Source: an uncultured Bacteroidota bacterium (GTDB lineage: Bacteria; Bacteroidota; Ignavibacteria; Ignavibacteriales; Ignavibacteriaceae). Taken from it: 64,000 bases of DNA. The stretch is from positions 10,682 through 74,681 of the forward strand of contig CAVQBN010000011.1 of assembly GCA_963710735.1 (NCBI GenBank). Reading direction: 5' to 3'. The translations under genes and the position numbers were made by a program. This document shows, one piece after another, positions 19,054 through 29,534 of this stretch (the first letter of the stretch is position 1; every line of letters starts with the position of its first letter). Under the pieces are notes generated by a model, which was not told the origin of the DNA, did not search any database, and worked only from the letters and a program-made list of their open reading frames with translations.

Positions 19054-22000
19054 TTAGGTAATAACCCTTTCAATTTGAATAGAACAATCATACTCCCCGA
19101 TTTTCCAGTCTTGATTAAATCCGCCGTTAAATTTGTTTTCATTAAGTAATTCTTCCGCCAGCGTTTCATTCGAAATATACTTGTTAAATGAATTTACTGC
19201 TTCAACAATTCTATTACTGCCATAAAATTTTATTTTAATTCTATCCGTAACATCAAAGCCAGCATCCTTCCTCATATTTTGAATACGGTTGACAAATTCT
19301 CTGGCTAATCCTTCTGCAATTAATTCTTCACTTAGTTCTGTATCCAGGGCAACGGTTACACCTTCTTCTGCTTCTACAAGCCAGCCGGTAATTTCTGAAC
19401 TTATAATTTCTACATCATCCTTTCCTATTTCTATTTCTTCATCTTTCACCTTAGCTTTAATCTTATCTCCTATTTCGAGCGCAGCAATTTCGTTTTTGTT
19501 GAACTCTTTTATTAAATCGGCAACTGCATTTACTTTTTTACCGAATTTAGGGCCGATAGATTTGAAATTTGCTTTAGCCGATTTATTTACAATTCCAGAA
19601 TCATCTTTTAATATAATCAATTCTTTGATATTTACTTCATCCAAAATCACTTCTTTCATCTTACCAAGAGCTTCACGTTTAGAATTATCAACAACAACCA
19701 TTATTTTGCTTAACGGCTGCCTGACTTTCAGGTTATTTTTTGCCCTCATCGATCTTGTAAGATATACAACTTTTTGGGCAATTTCCATTTTGTCTTCGAG
19801 CTCTTTTTCAATATAAATTGGCTTAGGAAATTCTGTTAAATGAACAGACTCGCAGCTCTCTAATCCTGTAACGGAGTTTAAATTATGATACAATTCTTCT
19901 GAAATAAATGGTGCAAACGGGGAAGTCAGTTTTGAAACAGCTATCAAACATTCATATAAAGTTTGATATGCAGAAAGCTTATTCTCATTCATTTCAGATT
20001 TCCAGAAACGTCTTCTGCATCTCCTTACATACCAATTTGAAAGATGATCGATTGTAAAATCGGAAACTGCCCTTGCAGCTTTTGTTACATCGTATGCATC
20101 CATCATTTCTTCGTAATTTTTAATAAGCGAATTAAGTTTAGAAATAATCCATCGGTCGATTTCCGGCCTGTTTTCATAAGGGACTAATTTCTCTGCAAAC
20201 TTAAATTTGTCTATGTTAGCGTACAAGGCAAAGAATGAATAGGTATTTAATAATGTACCGAAAAATTTCCTCTGAACTTCTACCAATCCTTCCTGATCAA
20301 ATAAAGTAGGCCTCCAGGGCGGACTATTAGTCATTAAATACCATCTAGTTGCATCCGCACCGTATTTATCAAAAAGTTCGAACGGATCGACAGTGTTGCC
20401 TCTTGTCTTAGACATTTTTAATCCGCTCTTGTCCAGGATAAGTTCATTAACAATTATATTTTTGAAAGCAACATTATCAAACAGCATTGTTGCAATAGCA
20501 TGAAGAGTATAAAACCATCCTCTTGTCTGATCAATACCTTCGCAAATAAAATCTGCAGGGAACGAATGTTTCTCAAACCATTCTTTATTTTCAAAAGGAT
20601 AATGGTATTGAGCAAAAGGCATTGAACCTGAATCAAACCAAACGTCAATCAGTTCGGGAGTACGCTTATAAATTTTGCCGTTTCGTTCAAATAAAATTTT
20701 ATCCACAAAAGGTTTATGAAGGTCGATATTATCTACATCCTTTACGGAAATTCTCTTTCCATCTTCTTCAATAAAACCTTCCTTCAATTCTTCAATACTG
20801 CCGATAGCCAGCATATCTCCGTCTTCAGTAACCCAAATAGGAAGGGGAGTTGCCCAAAATCTATCGCGGGATAAAGCCCAGTCCTTATTTTCTTCCAGCC
20901 AGTTTCCAAATCTTCCCGAACCAACTTCGGGCGGCTGCCAGTTAATTGTTTTGTTAAGCTCAACCATTCTATCGGCAATAGAAGTGGTACGGATAAACCA
21001 TGATTCGCGGGCATAATATATAACCGGAACATTTTCATGACGCCAACTGAAGGGATAAGAGTGAGTAATCGTTTCTTTTCTGTATAGCGTTCCTTCTTCT
21101 TTCATTTTAATAATTATGCCTTTGTCTGCATCTTTTACAAACTGACCGGCAAAATCGGTAACTTCAGAAGTGAATAAACCTCCGCGAGTAACAGGCTGAA
21201 GCATAGGAAGGTTATATTTTTTCGATAGTTCATAATCGTCCGCACCAAACGCCGGTGCAATGTGAACTATTCCCGAGCCATCTTCAGTACTAACAAAATC
21301 TCCGAGCGCAACAAAGAAGGCTTTCTTATCAACTTTTACATAATTAAAAAGCTGCTGATATTCCCAACCTTCAAGTTCTTTTCCTTTAAACTCTTCAACA
21401 ATTTCGTATTCACCGTCAATTACAGATAATCTTTCCTTGGCAAGAATGATATTTTTCCCGTTGTGTTTTATTTTTACATAAACGACATCACGTCCAACTG
21501 CTAATGCAACATTAGAAATTAGTGTCCAAGGTGTTGTTGTCCATACCAGAAAATATGCATCCTGATTTTTTATTTTGAATAAAACATATACCGAAGGGTC
21601 TTTAGTTTCACGATAACCTAAAGCAAGTTCATGAGAAGATAGAACTGTTTCCGATTTAGGATCCTGGGGAACGATTTTGTAATCTTTATAAATTAATCCT
21701 TTATCGAATAAAGTTTTTAACGCCCACCAAACCGATTCTATGTATTCATTTTTAAGAGTTATATAAGCGGTATCAAGATTTATCCAGTAGCCCATGCGGG
21801 TTGTCATTTTTTCCCAAAGGTCAAGATAAGTAAAAACAGAATCTCGGCATGCCTGATTGTATTTTTCAACTCCGTATTCTAAAACTTCGCTTTTATGTTT
21901 TATCCCGATCTTTTTTTCAACCTCAATTTCAACCGGGAGTCCGTGAGTATCCCAGCCGGCTTTTCTCTCAACCCTAAAGCCCTGAAGCGTTTTGTAACGG

Positions 22001-22206
22001 CAGACCAAATCTTTAAGTGTTCTTGCCATTACATGATGAATACCTGGTTTACCGTTTGCAGTCGGGGGGCCTTCATAAAAAGTGAATGGTTTGTTTTCAT
22101 CTCTTGAAGAGATGCTTTTCTCAAATATTTTATTTTCTTCCCAAAACTTTAAAATCTTTTCTTCGATTTCAGGATAATTTATTTTTTCTAAATTTTGTTT
22201 GAACAT
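19054..22206 (-). CDS. ileS: isoleucine--tRNA ligase (long, type-2-like form)
   Basis: 1050 aa. HIGH-region PGIHHVMAR, KMSKTRGN, and editing-domain and anticodon-binding regions. Confidence 0.95.
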   Translation of the reverse strand: MFKQNLEKINYPEIEEKILKFWEENKIFEKSISSRDENKPFTFYEGPPTANGKPGIHHVMARTLKDLVCRYKTLQGFRVERKAGWDTHGLPVEIEVEKKIGIKHKSEVLEYGVEKYNQACRDSVFTYLDLWEKMTTRMGYWINLDTAYITLKNEYIESVWWALKTLFDKGLIYKDYKIVPQDPKSETVLSSHELALGYRETKDPSVYVLFKIKNQDAYFLVWTTTPWTLISNVALAVGRDVVYVKIKHNGKNIILAKERLSVIDGEYEIVEEFKGKELEGWEYQQLFNYVKVDKKAFFVALGDFVSTEDGSGIVHIAPAFGADDYELSKKYNLPMLQPVTRGGLFTSEVTDFAGQFVKDADKGIIIKMKEEGTLYRKETITHSYPFSWRHENVPVIYYARESWFIRTTSIADRMVELNKTINWQPPEVGSGRFGNWLEENKDWALSRDRFWATPLPIWVTEDGDMLAIGSIEELKEGFIEEDGKRISVKDVDNIDLHKPFVDKILFERNGKIYKRTPELIDVWFDSGSMPFAQYHYPFENKEWFEKHSFPADFICEGIDQTRGWFYTLHAIATMLFDNVAFKNIIVNELILDKSGLKMSKTRGNTVDPFELFDKYGADATRWYLMTNSPPWRPTLFDQEGLVEVQRKFFGTLLNTYSFFALYANIDKFKFAEKLVPYENRPEIDRWIISKLNSLIKNYEEMMDAYDVTKAARAVSDFTIDHLSNWYVRRCRRRFWKSEMNENKLSAYQTLYECLIAVSKLTSPFAPFISEELYHNLNSVTGLESCESVHLTEFPKPIYIEKELEDKMEIAQKVVYLTRSMRAKNNLKVRQPLSKIMVVVDNSKREALGKMKEVILDEVNIKELIILKDDSGIVNKSAKANFKSIGPKFGKKVNAVADLIKEFNKNEIAALEIGDKIKAKVKDEEIEIGKDDVEIISSEITGWLVEAEEGVTVALDTELSEELIAEGLAREFVNRIQNMRKDAGFDVTDRIKIKFYGSNRIVEAVNSFNKYISNETLAEELLNENKFNGGFNQDWKIGEYDCSIQIERVIT

Positions 22207-22252
22207 TTATCTATAATTTTTTTTGAGTTAACTGTTATACCGGAAGACAAAG

Positions 22253-22867
22253 CTATCCGATTTCTTCATATCTTTTTATAAGTTCTTTTTCAGCGTGAAT
22301 AAACTCTTTTAAATCTCTTTCTATTCTTTCTTTTTTAAGGATTATATTTTTAGCGTCTGCTTCGGCATCATTGATAATTTTTTTTGCGTCAATTTTTGCT
22401 TCTTTAATCTCAAGTTCGGCTTCTTTCTTGGCATCTCTTACGAGGTCTTCGTATGTTTTTAGTTTTTCCTTAATAACCATAGATTCTTTTTGTGTAGTTA
22501 AAATTTCTACAACAGCCATTCCGAAAAAAGCCATTGCGCCGAGCATGATATCTCTTAAACTGTAGAGTATTAAATTTTCTGTTAATAATTCGTTGGCAGA
22601 AAAATAATCACGGAAGAATGAAATCATTAAAACGCTGATAATTGTAACAGCAATAATCATAGCAAAAACTACTTTGCCGCCCAGCCGCCAGCCCAATGTT
22701 TTATTTATGAACCAGCCGCACGCGAAACAAAGTACAGAGAGAACGAACCAGACTGCAAAGCTATTGTCGCCGAATTTAAAAAGGTTTGTGTTTAGAAAAT
22801 TAGAAGCAAACATTAACACGCCCAACAATCCGGGAGTTAAATAATAATGTAATGATTTCTTTTCCAT
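22253..22867 (-). CDS. membrane protein with C-terminal charged coiled coil (function unknown)
   Basis: 4-5 TM helices, then KEKLKTYEDLVRDAKKEAELEIKEAKIDAKKIINDAEADAKNI (resembles an ATP-synthase-b/RNase-Y-like coil). Its start abuts the PNP stop. Confidence 0.5.
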   Translation of the reverse strand: MEKKSLHYYLTPGLLGVLMFASNFLNTNLFKFGDNSFAVWFVLSVLCFACGWFINKTLGWRLGGKVVFAMIIAVTIISVLMISFFRDYFSANELLTENLILYSLRDIMLGAMAFFGMAVVEILTTQKESMVIKEKLKTYEDLVRDAKKEAELEIKEAKIDAKKIINDAEADAKNIILKKERIERDLKEFIHAEKELIKRYEEIG

Positions 22868-23688
22868 TAAATCCTCTTAATGACTTCTTTCATTATTAAT
22901 GTCATTTTAGGTTCAGTCGCCATTGCCGTGGCGATTATCTCCTCTACATTTGCCGGCTTTAGTGCATCGGGGAAACATTCATCAGTAACAATACTAATTC
23001 CCAGAACTTTTATTCCCATATGATTAGCGACTATATTTTCCGGAATTGTGGACATACCAACGACATCTGCACCGGTAGCTCTTAAAAATCTGTATTCGGC
23101 TTTTGTTTCAAGGTTAGGGCCTGGAACAGCAACGTATACACCTTTTTGAACTTTAACTTTATTATCCAGCGCTACATCTTCGGCAATAGCTATCAACTCA
23201 TGATCATAAGGTTCACTCATATCTGGAAAGCGCGGACCTAAATCATTTTCATTTTTTCCGATTAACGGATTATCACCTAACAAATTTATATGATCAACCA
23301 TAAGCATAAGATCTCCTCTTGAGTAAAGAGGATTCATTCCGCCGCAGGCGTTTGATACAAGCAGAGTTTTAACTCCAAGAAATTTCATTACTCTAACCGG
23401 GAAAGTAATTTGCTGCATTGTATAACCTTCATAAAAATGAAAGCGCCCCTGCATAGCAACTACCTTTTTATTCCCGATGCTGCCGAATATCAATTTGCCT
23501 TTATGTGACTCAACAGTAGATAAAGGGAAATGCGGCAGATCGGCATAATCAATTTCAAATTCAACATTGATTTCTTTTACCAAACCGCCTAACCCGGTGC
23601 CAAGAATAATTCCGACAGGATAATCATCCTTCGTCTTTTCTCTGATGACTTTTAAAGTTTCGTTTATCTTGGAAATTAAATCGTTCAT
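22867..23688 (-). CDS. purine nucleoside phosphorylase (PNP/MTAP family, trimeric type)
   Basis: 273 aa with GRFHFYEGY, NACGG and VGMSTIPE motifs. Confidence 0.85.
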   Translation of the reverse strand: MNDLISKINETLKVIREKTKDDYPVGIILGTGLGGLVKEINVEFEIDYADLPHFPLSTVESHKGKLIFGSIGNKKVVAMQGRFHFYEGYTMQQITFPVRVMKFLGVKTLLVSNACGGMNPLYSRGDLMLMVDHINLLGDNPLIGKNENDLGPRFPDMSEPYDHELIAIAEDVALDNKVKVQKGVYVAVPGPNLETKAEYRFLRATGADVVGMSTIPENIVANHMGIKVLGISIVTDECFPDALKPANVEEIIATAMATEPKMTLIMKEVIKRI

Positions 23689-23692
23689 AAGA

Positions 23693-24229
23693 TTAAAGTA
23701 GTTTGTTTACAATATCATCTACATTGATATCAATTTTTTTTGCTTGTTCAATTTGTTTTGCAGAAACAACTTCTTCGCCCGCATCTTCAACTTTCATTTC
23801 TAATAAATGCGCTTGAGAATTTATTATTGATTTTAAGTTAGCAATAATTAAATCTCTTTCTTCCCTTAAATTGATAACGGCATTTCTAATTTCATTTGCA
23901 TTTTCCCGAGCTTTCTCCAATATCTGCGAACCTTTAATTTCAGCTTCTTTAACAATTAAATTTGCCTGCTTCTTTGTTGATTCTATAGATTTTGTTGAAG
24001 ATTCTTGTGCTCTAAGCAAAGTATCTTGAAGATTTTTTTCTATTCTTCTAAATTCAGTCAGTTTAACTGTTGCGTCGTCAAGCTCTTTTTTCAAAGAATC
24101 GTTTTCTTTTTGAAGTGATTCAAATTCATCAGCAAGTTTCTCAAGAAAAGCCTGGACTTCATCTTTATCGAAACCCCTCATGCTTTTATTAAATTCTTGC
24201 TTTTTTATGCTAATGGGGGAAACCTTCAT
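23693..24229 (-). CDS. divIVA: DivIVA-domain protein
   Basis: The start was chosen at [29 protein letters not shown], the canonical DivIVA N-terminus. Its ATG overlaps the yggS TGA (ATGA at 24226-24229). The ORF track extends to 24244. Confidence 0.8.
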   Translation of the reverse strand: MKVSPISIKKQEFNKSMRGFDKDEVQAFLEKLADEFESLQKENDSLKKELDDATVKLTEFRRIEKNLQDTLLRAQESSTKSIESTKKQANLIVKEAEIKGSQILEKARENANEIRNAVINLREERDLIIANLKSIINSQAHLLEMKVEDAGEEVVSAKQIEQAKKIDINVDDIVNKLL

Positions 24230-24930
24230 AGGTTCTCCTTCCAATCTTTTGAATAATCTCTTTCACCAAATATTGCAGAACCAACCCTTAACATGGTGGC
24301 GCCTTCCTCAATTGCAATTTCAAAATCCGAAGTCATTCCCATAGACAATTCTTTAATTTTAAGACTTTCGGAATTTAAACGCTCTTTTAATTTACGTAAT
24401 TGACTGAAACTTTTCCTAATTAAGTTTTGGTCTTCGGTTAATGGAGCAATTGTCATCAATCCGATAAGATCTAAATTTTTAAAATCTTCACAATAAAAAG
24501 CCAAATCTTTTATTTCACTGTAATCAGTTAAACCCGATTTTGTTTCTTCAAATGAAGTTTTAATTTGTAAAAGGACTTTTTGAATCTTGTTTTTTTTAAC
24601 AGCATATTTATTAATTTCAGAAGCAAGCAAGAGAGAATCAACAGAGTGAATATATTCAGCGGAATTAACCACGAATCTGACTTTGTTCCTTTGTAAATTT
24701 CCTATAAAGTGCCAAGTTATTTTATTCCCCAGCTTTTCATATTTTATATCCAGCTCCTGGGCTCTGTTTTCACCAAAGTCTGTAATCCCGTTATTGAAGA
24801 CTTCATCTATTTCTTCAACACCAAAATTTTTTGAAACCGCAATTAATTTTACTCCGGAAGGATCACGGTCAATTTCTTCGCACTTCCTTCTAATTTTTTC
24901 TCTTACGCTGTGTAAATTTTCAGCTATCAT
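24226..24930 (-). CDS. yggS: YggS/YlmE-family pyridoxal-phosphate homeostasis protein
   Basis: 234 aa with LIAVSKNF (PLP-Lys), [11 protein letters not shown] and a C-terminal LRVGSAIFG. Confidence 0.85.
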   Translation of the reverse strand: MIAENLHSVREKIRRKCEEIDRDPSGVKLIAVSKNFGVEEIDEVFNNGITDFGENRAQELDIKYEKLGNKITWHFIGNLQRNKVRFVVNSAEYIHSVDSLLLASEINKYAVKKNKIQKVLLQIKTSFEETKSGLTDYSEIKDLAFYCEDFKNLDLIGLMTIAPLTEDQNLIRKSFSQLRKLKERLNSESLKIKELSMGMTSDFEIAIEEGATMLRVGSAIFGERDYSKDWKENL

Positions 24931-25267
24931 AATAAAATTAAGATTGTGAATTTATGGGTTTTATCATCAATAATCAACGTTAAACGATTGGTGCCCTGAC
25001 ATATCTCAGGTTTTAAAAGCGTTTAAATTATAATCATATACTACTGAAAAATACACTAATCAGCACAAATTTCAAGTAAATTCCTTTTTCAGTGTAACTT
25101 AAGTTAAACTCTTAACAATTTATTAAAAATATATTTCGAGTCGGTTCCGGAGCTGCAGTTTTATTTTATAAAATAAATTGAATGAGATAAAAATTATCAG
25201 CAGCAGATAATTCATCACCAAATTTCTTAATTTTACAAAGTAAATCAATTTTTTATAGGATAAAATA

Positions 25268-26245
25268 ATGGGAAATTTACTCTTAGACGGTATAAAAGAA
25301 AAAACATCAAAAAAGAAAAAAACAATTGTCCTGCCGGAATCTCACGACGAGAGAGTATTAAAAGCTGCAGAGATATTAACAAAAGAAAAAATTGTTTCCG
25401 TAATAACATTAGGTAACGAAGACAAAATAAGAAACAGTGCATCATCACTTAAGGTTGATTTAACCGGGGTTAGAATAATTGATCCTTCTAAATCTGATAA
25501 GTTGAGCGACTTCACAAATATTTATTTTAATCTGAGAAGAAAAAAAGGAATTAGTATTGAAGATGCAAAAGAGATTGTTTTGAAAGACCTGTTTTTCGGC
25601 GCAATGATGGTTAAGGAAGGGATGGCAGACGGAAGTGTTTCAGGCTCAACTGCCTCCACTGCTGATGTGCTTAGAGCAGGAATTCAATGCATCGGAATGC
25701 CTGAAGGTATTTCAATAGTTTCCAGTTTCTTCCTGATGGTTTTTCCGGAAAAAACTTACAGCTTTGCAGATTGCGCAGTAGTTCCGGATCCAGATGCTTC
25801 TCAGTTAGCAGATATTGCAATTTCAACAGCTTTAAATCATGAAAAATTAACCGGCGAAAAACCTTACATTGCAATGCTTTCATTTTCAACAAAAGGAAGT
25901 GCAGAACATGAACTGATTGACAAAGTACGAAATGCACTTAATATTGTAAAAAGTAAACGTCCGGATCTCGCGATTGACGGTGAATTGCAGTTTGATGCTG
26001 CAATAGTGGATTCAGTCGGTAAAAGAAAAGCACCAGGCAGCGATGTTGCAGGACGCGCAAATGTTTTAGTTTTCCCTGATCTTAATGCAGGCAATATCGG
26101 TTACAAAATTGCTCAAAGGCTGGGTAAAGGTGAAGCTGTCGGACCCATCATTCAAGGATTAAAAAAACCATTCTTTGATTTAAGCCGCGGCTGCAGTGTT
26201 GATGATATTGTTAATACAGCTGCAATTGCTGCAATGATGAGCTGA
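25268..26245 (+). CDS. pta: phosphate acetyltransferase
   Basis: 325 aa PTA_PTB family with VLPESHDERVLKAA, ADGSVSGSTASTADVLR and NIGYKIAQRL. Confidence 0.85.
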   Translation: MGNLLLDGIKEKTSKKKKTIVLPESHDERVLKAAEILTKEKIVSVITLGNEDKIRNSASSLKVDLTGVRIIDPSKSDKLSDFTNIYFNLRRKKGISIEDAKEIVLKDLFFGAMMVKEGMADGSVSGSTASTADVLRAGIQCIGMPEGISIVSSFFLMVFPEKTYSFADCAVVPDPDASQLADIAISTALNHEKLTGEKPYIAMLSFSTKGSAEHELIDKVRNALNIVKSKRPDLAIDGELQFDAAIVDSVGKRKAPGSDVAGRANVLVFPDLNAGNIGYKIAQRLGKGEAVGPIIQGLKKPFFDLSRGCSVDDIVNTAAIAAMMS

Positions 26246-26262
26246 GAAATAAATTATTTTAA

Positions 26263-26291
26263 ATGCCCAACTTCTCTAAGAAGCTGGGCAT
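26263..26291. terminator. bidirectional hairpin between convergent pta and the downstream minus-strand gene
   Basis: ATGCCCAACTTCT (26263-26275) pairs with AGAAGCTGGGCAT (26279-26291), 12 of 13 positions complementary, with a 3-nt loop. Confidence 0.55.
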
Positions 26292-26300
26292 CTTACAAAA

Positions 26301-27575
26301 TCAAATAACAATACCTAATTCCAAACCGGTTGAATAATAAGTATTTGTTAAAATTTTATGGCTTTGAGGTACATTAAAAATATTAAACATAAAATTTAAC
26401 ATTACATTATTAGTTTTATTGAAGATATATTCAATTCCTAACTGAAGCATATACTGTGGGCTTGAAATATCTACCGGAGGAGAGTCATATTCAACACCAT
26501 ATTTATCCGTAACACCGTAAACACCTGATTTTGAAATTTTTATTTCACCAAATCCAAGCCCGGCGTATGGCCTTAAACCAGCTTCCTGTCTAAAAAGATA
26601 TTTTCCGGAAATTGAATAAGAGGTATAAGTAATGTTGCAATCAGGTTTGCCGATTATATAATAACGCGTTATCGGATCATACATCATTTTAGCAGTATTA
26701 TACTGACCGCCCAATAATATCCCTTTCCAGATGTATATATCTCCGGTGTAAGAAAATCCCGAACTAACGGTTGATGGTATTTTAGAAATCTCAATTACAT
26801 CGCCGTAATGATCACTTAATACCCAATCCGGGTTCTCAATAGCAGGCTGATAATTTATATTTACTCCTGCAGTAAACAGAACATAGAAATCAACAATATC
26901 TTTTTGGTGCCATAATTCGGTAAGAAATTTCTTTTCCCCAATTTTTTCTTTTGTCTGTTTGATGAAAAATTTTACGCTGTCATTTATAGATTTGTAAAGA
27001 TTTTTATCTGTAGCAACGCCCTGCACATGTTTATAGAGCTTAAGTGCCTCTTTATAATTTCCGCTCCTATAATTTTTATATGCTAATTTATAATTTAAAT
27101 CGATATCGGAATTATTACTGTAAATATATCGTTCCATAAAAAAATAAGCGATGGTGTAATATTTTATCGCTTCTTTCGGTTCATTTATATTCACTTTTTC
27201 AATAAACTTATTATAAGCATGGTAAGAAAGTTTTCCGGCTACATTTTCATTAAAACTTTGATGCATCTGCTTATATTGGCCAATATATTTTTGTAATTCC
27301 TCAGGTTCTAAATTTATTCTAAAATTTAATTTATTCAGCATATCTTTATACATCTGCTTAACGGCTACGTATCTTTTAATTGATCCGTCTTTATAATTTC
27401 CTGATTTAATTAAAGAATCATTTATTGTAAAATAATTATTAGCTTTTTCTATATTGCCATTTATCAGGCAAGAGTCTAATTCAATTGCTTCTTTGCCAGA
27501 AATTATATTTTCTTGACAAAATATCTGAGCAGTTAAAAGAAAGATAATACTAAGAGATAAAATTAGATTTTTCAT
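26301..27575 (-). CDS. secreted hypothetical protein, helical-repeat N-terminal half and probable beta-barrel C-terminal half
   Basis: Signal peptide MKNLILSLSIIFLLTAQIFCQ. The C-terminal third has alternating hydrophobic beta-strand periodicity. No recognised family. Confidence 0.4.
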   Translation of the reverse strand: MKNLILSLSIIFLLTAQIFCQENIISGKEAIELDSCLINGNIEKANNYFTINDSLIKSGNYKDGSIKRYVAVKQMYKDMLNKLNFRINLEPEELQKYIGQYKQMHQSFNENVAGKLSYHAYNKFIEKVNINEPKEAIKYYTIAYFFMERYIYSNNSDIDLNYKLAYKNYRSGNYKEALKLYKHVQGVATDKNLYKSINDSVKFFIKQTKEKIGEKKFLTELWHQKDIVDFYVLFTAGVNINYQPAIENPDWVLSDHYGDVIEISKIPSTVSSGFSYTGDIYIWKGILLGGQYNTAKMMYDPITRYYIIGKPDCNITYTSYSISGKYLFRQEAGLRPYAGLGFGEIKISKSGVYGVTDKYGVEYDSPPVDISSPQYMLQLGIEYIFNKTNNVMLNFMFNIFNVPQSHKILTNTYYSTGLELGIVI

Positions 27576-27594
27576 GCATTTTGTTCCATTATAA

Positions 27595-29194
27595 TTATTC
27601 TATTACACCAGCCGGCTCTTTGCTATTCTTAGTATAAGATAAAAAGAACAGCATTGCGGCAAGCACCAGATAAGCTATTGTAAACTGATATGGGATTTGC
27701 TGAAATACTCCTTGCAGCTGCCAGGGTAAATACATATTTCCATCAGGAATGGCAGAATGTATTATCCCGAAAAATGTAAACACTGCCATTATTACAAGAT
27801 ATACAGTTGCCTGTTTTAATTTTCTGTCTATAAGCTTGGCTGCAAAGGCACCCCAGAGCATCGCAGTTAATATAAACCCGTTACCCAAAGCAACAATTAC
27901 CAAAAGCTGTGGCAGAGCTTTTCCTGGAAGTGAAAGCATTTTATTAAAATTTGCGAGCGGTACAAGATCCGTATTGCTTAATTCTATTTGAACAAGCCTG
28001 GCAATATTAGGGAAAAGTGAAAATGCAACAGCTGTTGTATGTTCCGGAGGTACCGCTTTGAACGCCTGCACCATAATATCCAGCGCGACAAATATTAAAA
28101 TAGGTGCTAGAACAGCTCTGGGTATTAATTCAACGAAAAATGAAACGTATCCCAAAATTCCTCCTAGTCCGATGAACAATCCGGTAAGTAAGGTGTATCC
28201 GGCTCGGCTTCCCATTGCTTTATAAGCAGGCTGGCCTATATAAGGCGTAGTTTGTGCCACACCGCCGCAAAGTCCCGCAATTAAAGTTGCAACGGCTTCG
28301 GTTAAAAGAATATTTTTTGTATTGTAATCATCACCAGCAACTTTAGCGCTTTCCGTAACATTTATTCCGCCGACAATTGTAAGAATTGCAAACGGCAGCG
28401 CAATAGGCAGATATTTTAAGGCATCAACGAAACCGTGAACAAAGCCGAGGGTGGGAATCGGAGCTCCTAAATGAAGCTGCATTGATGGCGCAGTAAAACT
28501 GGTGCCGAGAAGTCCTAGCGGGCCTAAAATATAATATACAACCGACCCGATAAAAACAGCAGCAAAAACTCCCGGAAAATTTTTTGGTAATTTAATTTTA
28601 GCTACTAAAGTGTATAGGATTAATCCAAGTGAAATCATTCCTATTACAGGTAAACCAAAAATATCAAGCAACGGTATAAATCCGATTAAAGCTAAACCGA
28701 TTCCAGCCAAACTTCCAAGCAGTCCGGCTTGCGGTACGATCTTTTGTACCCATTCACCAATAAACGAGAATATAACTTTAACAACTCCGATAATTATCAT
28801 TGTTGCCATTCCGATGTACCACGTCATCATCGCCGCATCTTCAACAGCCATTCCCTGCTGTTTCAAATACATAAATGCGGGCCCTAAAACCGTAAGTACA
28901 ATTCCGATTGTTGAAGGAGTATCTAAGGCCTAAAGGCATTGCAGTTACTTTGGGATTGTTAGTTCTCTTCGCTAAACGGAAAGCCATCCATGTATAAACA
29001 AGATCACCAAACAAAACGCCGAGTGCAGTTCCCGGGAACATTCTGCCGTAGACTATATTGGCAGGGTATTTAAAAACGAAGATTAAAATTCCGGCAAGGA
29101 AAGATAAAACTGTAAGATTATCGAACATTAGTCCGAAAAAGCCGTTTACGTCTCCAACAACAAACCAGCGATACTTAAAATCGGATTGTTTCAT
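27595..29194 (-). pseudogene. AzgA/NCS2-family purine (adenine/guanine/hypoxanthine) permease interrupted by a 1-nt frameshift
   Basis: Two ORFs (28841-29194 and 27595-28872) are consecutive parts of one permease. The frame changes within GGCCTTAGAT (28921-28930): ...TAMPLGL reads on as DTPSTIGIVLTVLGPAFMYLKQQGMAVED only after skipping one base. Confidence 0.75.
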
Positions 29195-29534
29195 GTGAAC
29201 TCCAATTTTTTAAAAGGAATAGTAGATATGAATTATCGGATTGTACAATCTGAATTATTCTCCCGTCTTTTTTACCAAATAAGAAATAATTAATTATTCA
29301 GATCAATAAAAACTTTGGTAAGTCACTTACAATCAAAACAATTATTGCAAAGTATAATTACTAAAATTTCAGTCGATTGTAAAAATAAAGATTAATTGAA
29401 AAAAAATCATAATTATTTATTCTAATCATAAAATTTATCATCAAAGGAAAACAACAACTATTTTCTTTGATTGATTTGAAATGTCAAATTAATTAAGTTC
29501 AATTTAAATTATTAATTAAAAAGCTTTTCTTTAA

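Noticed and set aside
18693-19061. A 122-aa plus-strand ORF extremely rich in Phe (…FFFVIFFALVIFFVSAAF…).
   Set aside because: It is the antisense shadow of the AAG/AAA-rich lysine tail of the DksA-like gene. AAA/AAG codons read as TTT/CTT on the other strand, so there is no independent coding evidence.
19289-19816. A 175-aa plus-strand ORF inside ileS. Similar internal or antisense ORFs occur at 2314-2670, 3166-3504, 10934-11251, 17967-18464, 28610-28933, 32568-32855, 49422-49805, 53286-53558 and 60540-60863.
   Set aside because: All lie wholly inside, and antisense to or out of frame with, long ORFs that have strong family signatures. Their compositions are low-complexity mirror images of the real frames.
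29195-29534. A possible purine riboswitch upstream of the (frameshifted) purine permease.
   Set aside because: Reading the minus strand, I found no match to the conserved purine-riboswitch loop and junction sequences (the UAUAAU...GGAUAUGG...CCGUAAA type). There is only AT-rich sequence.
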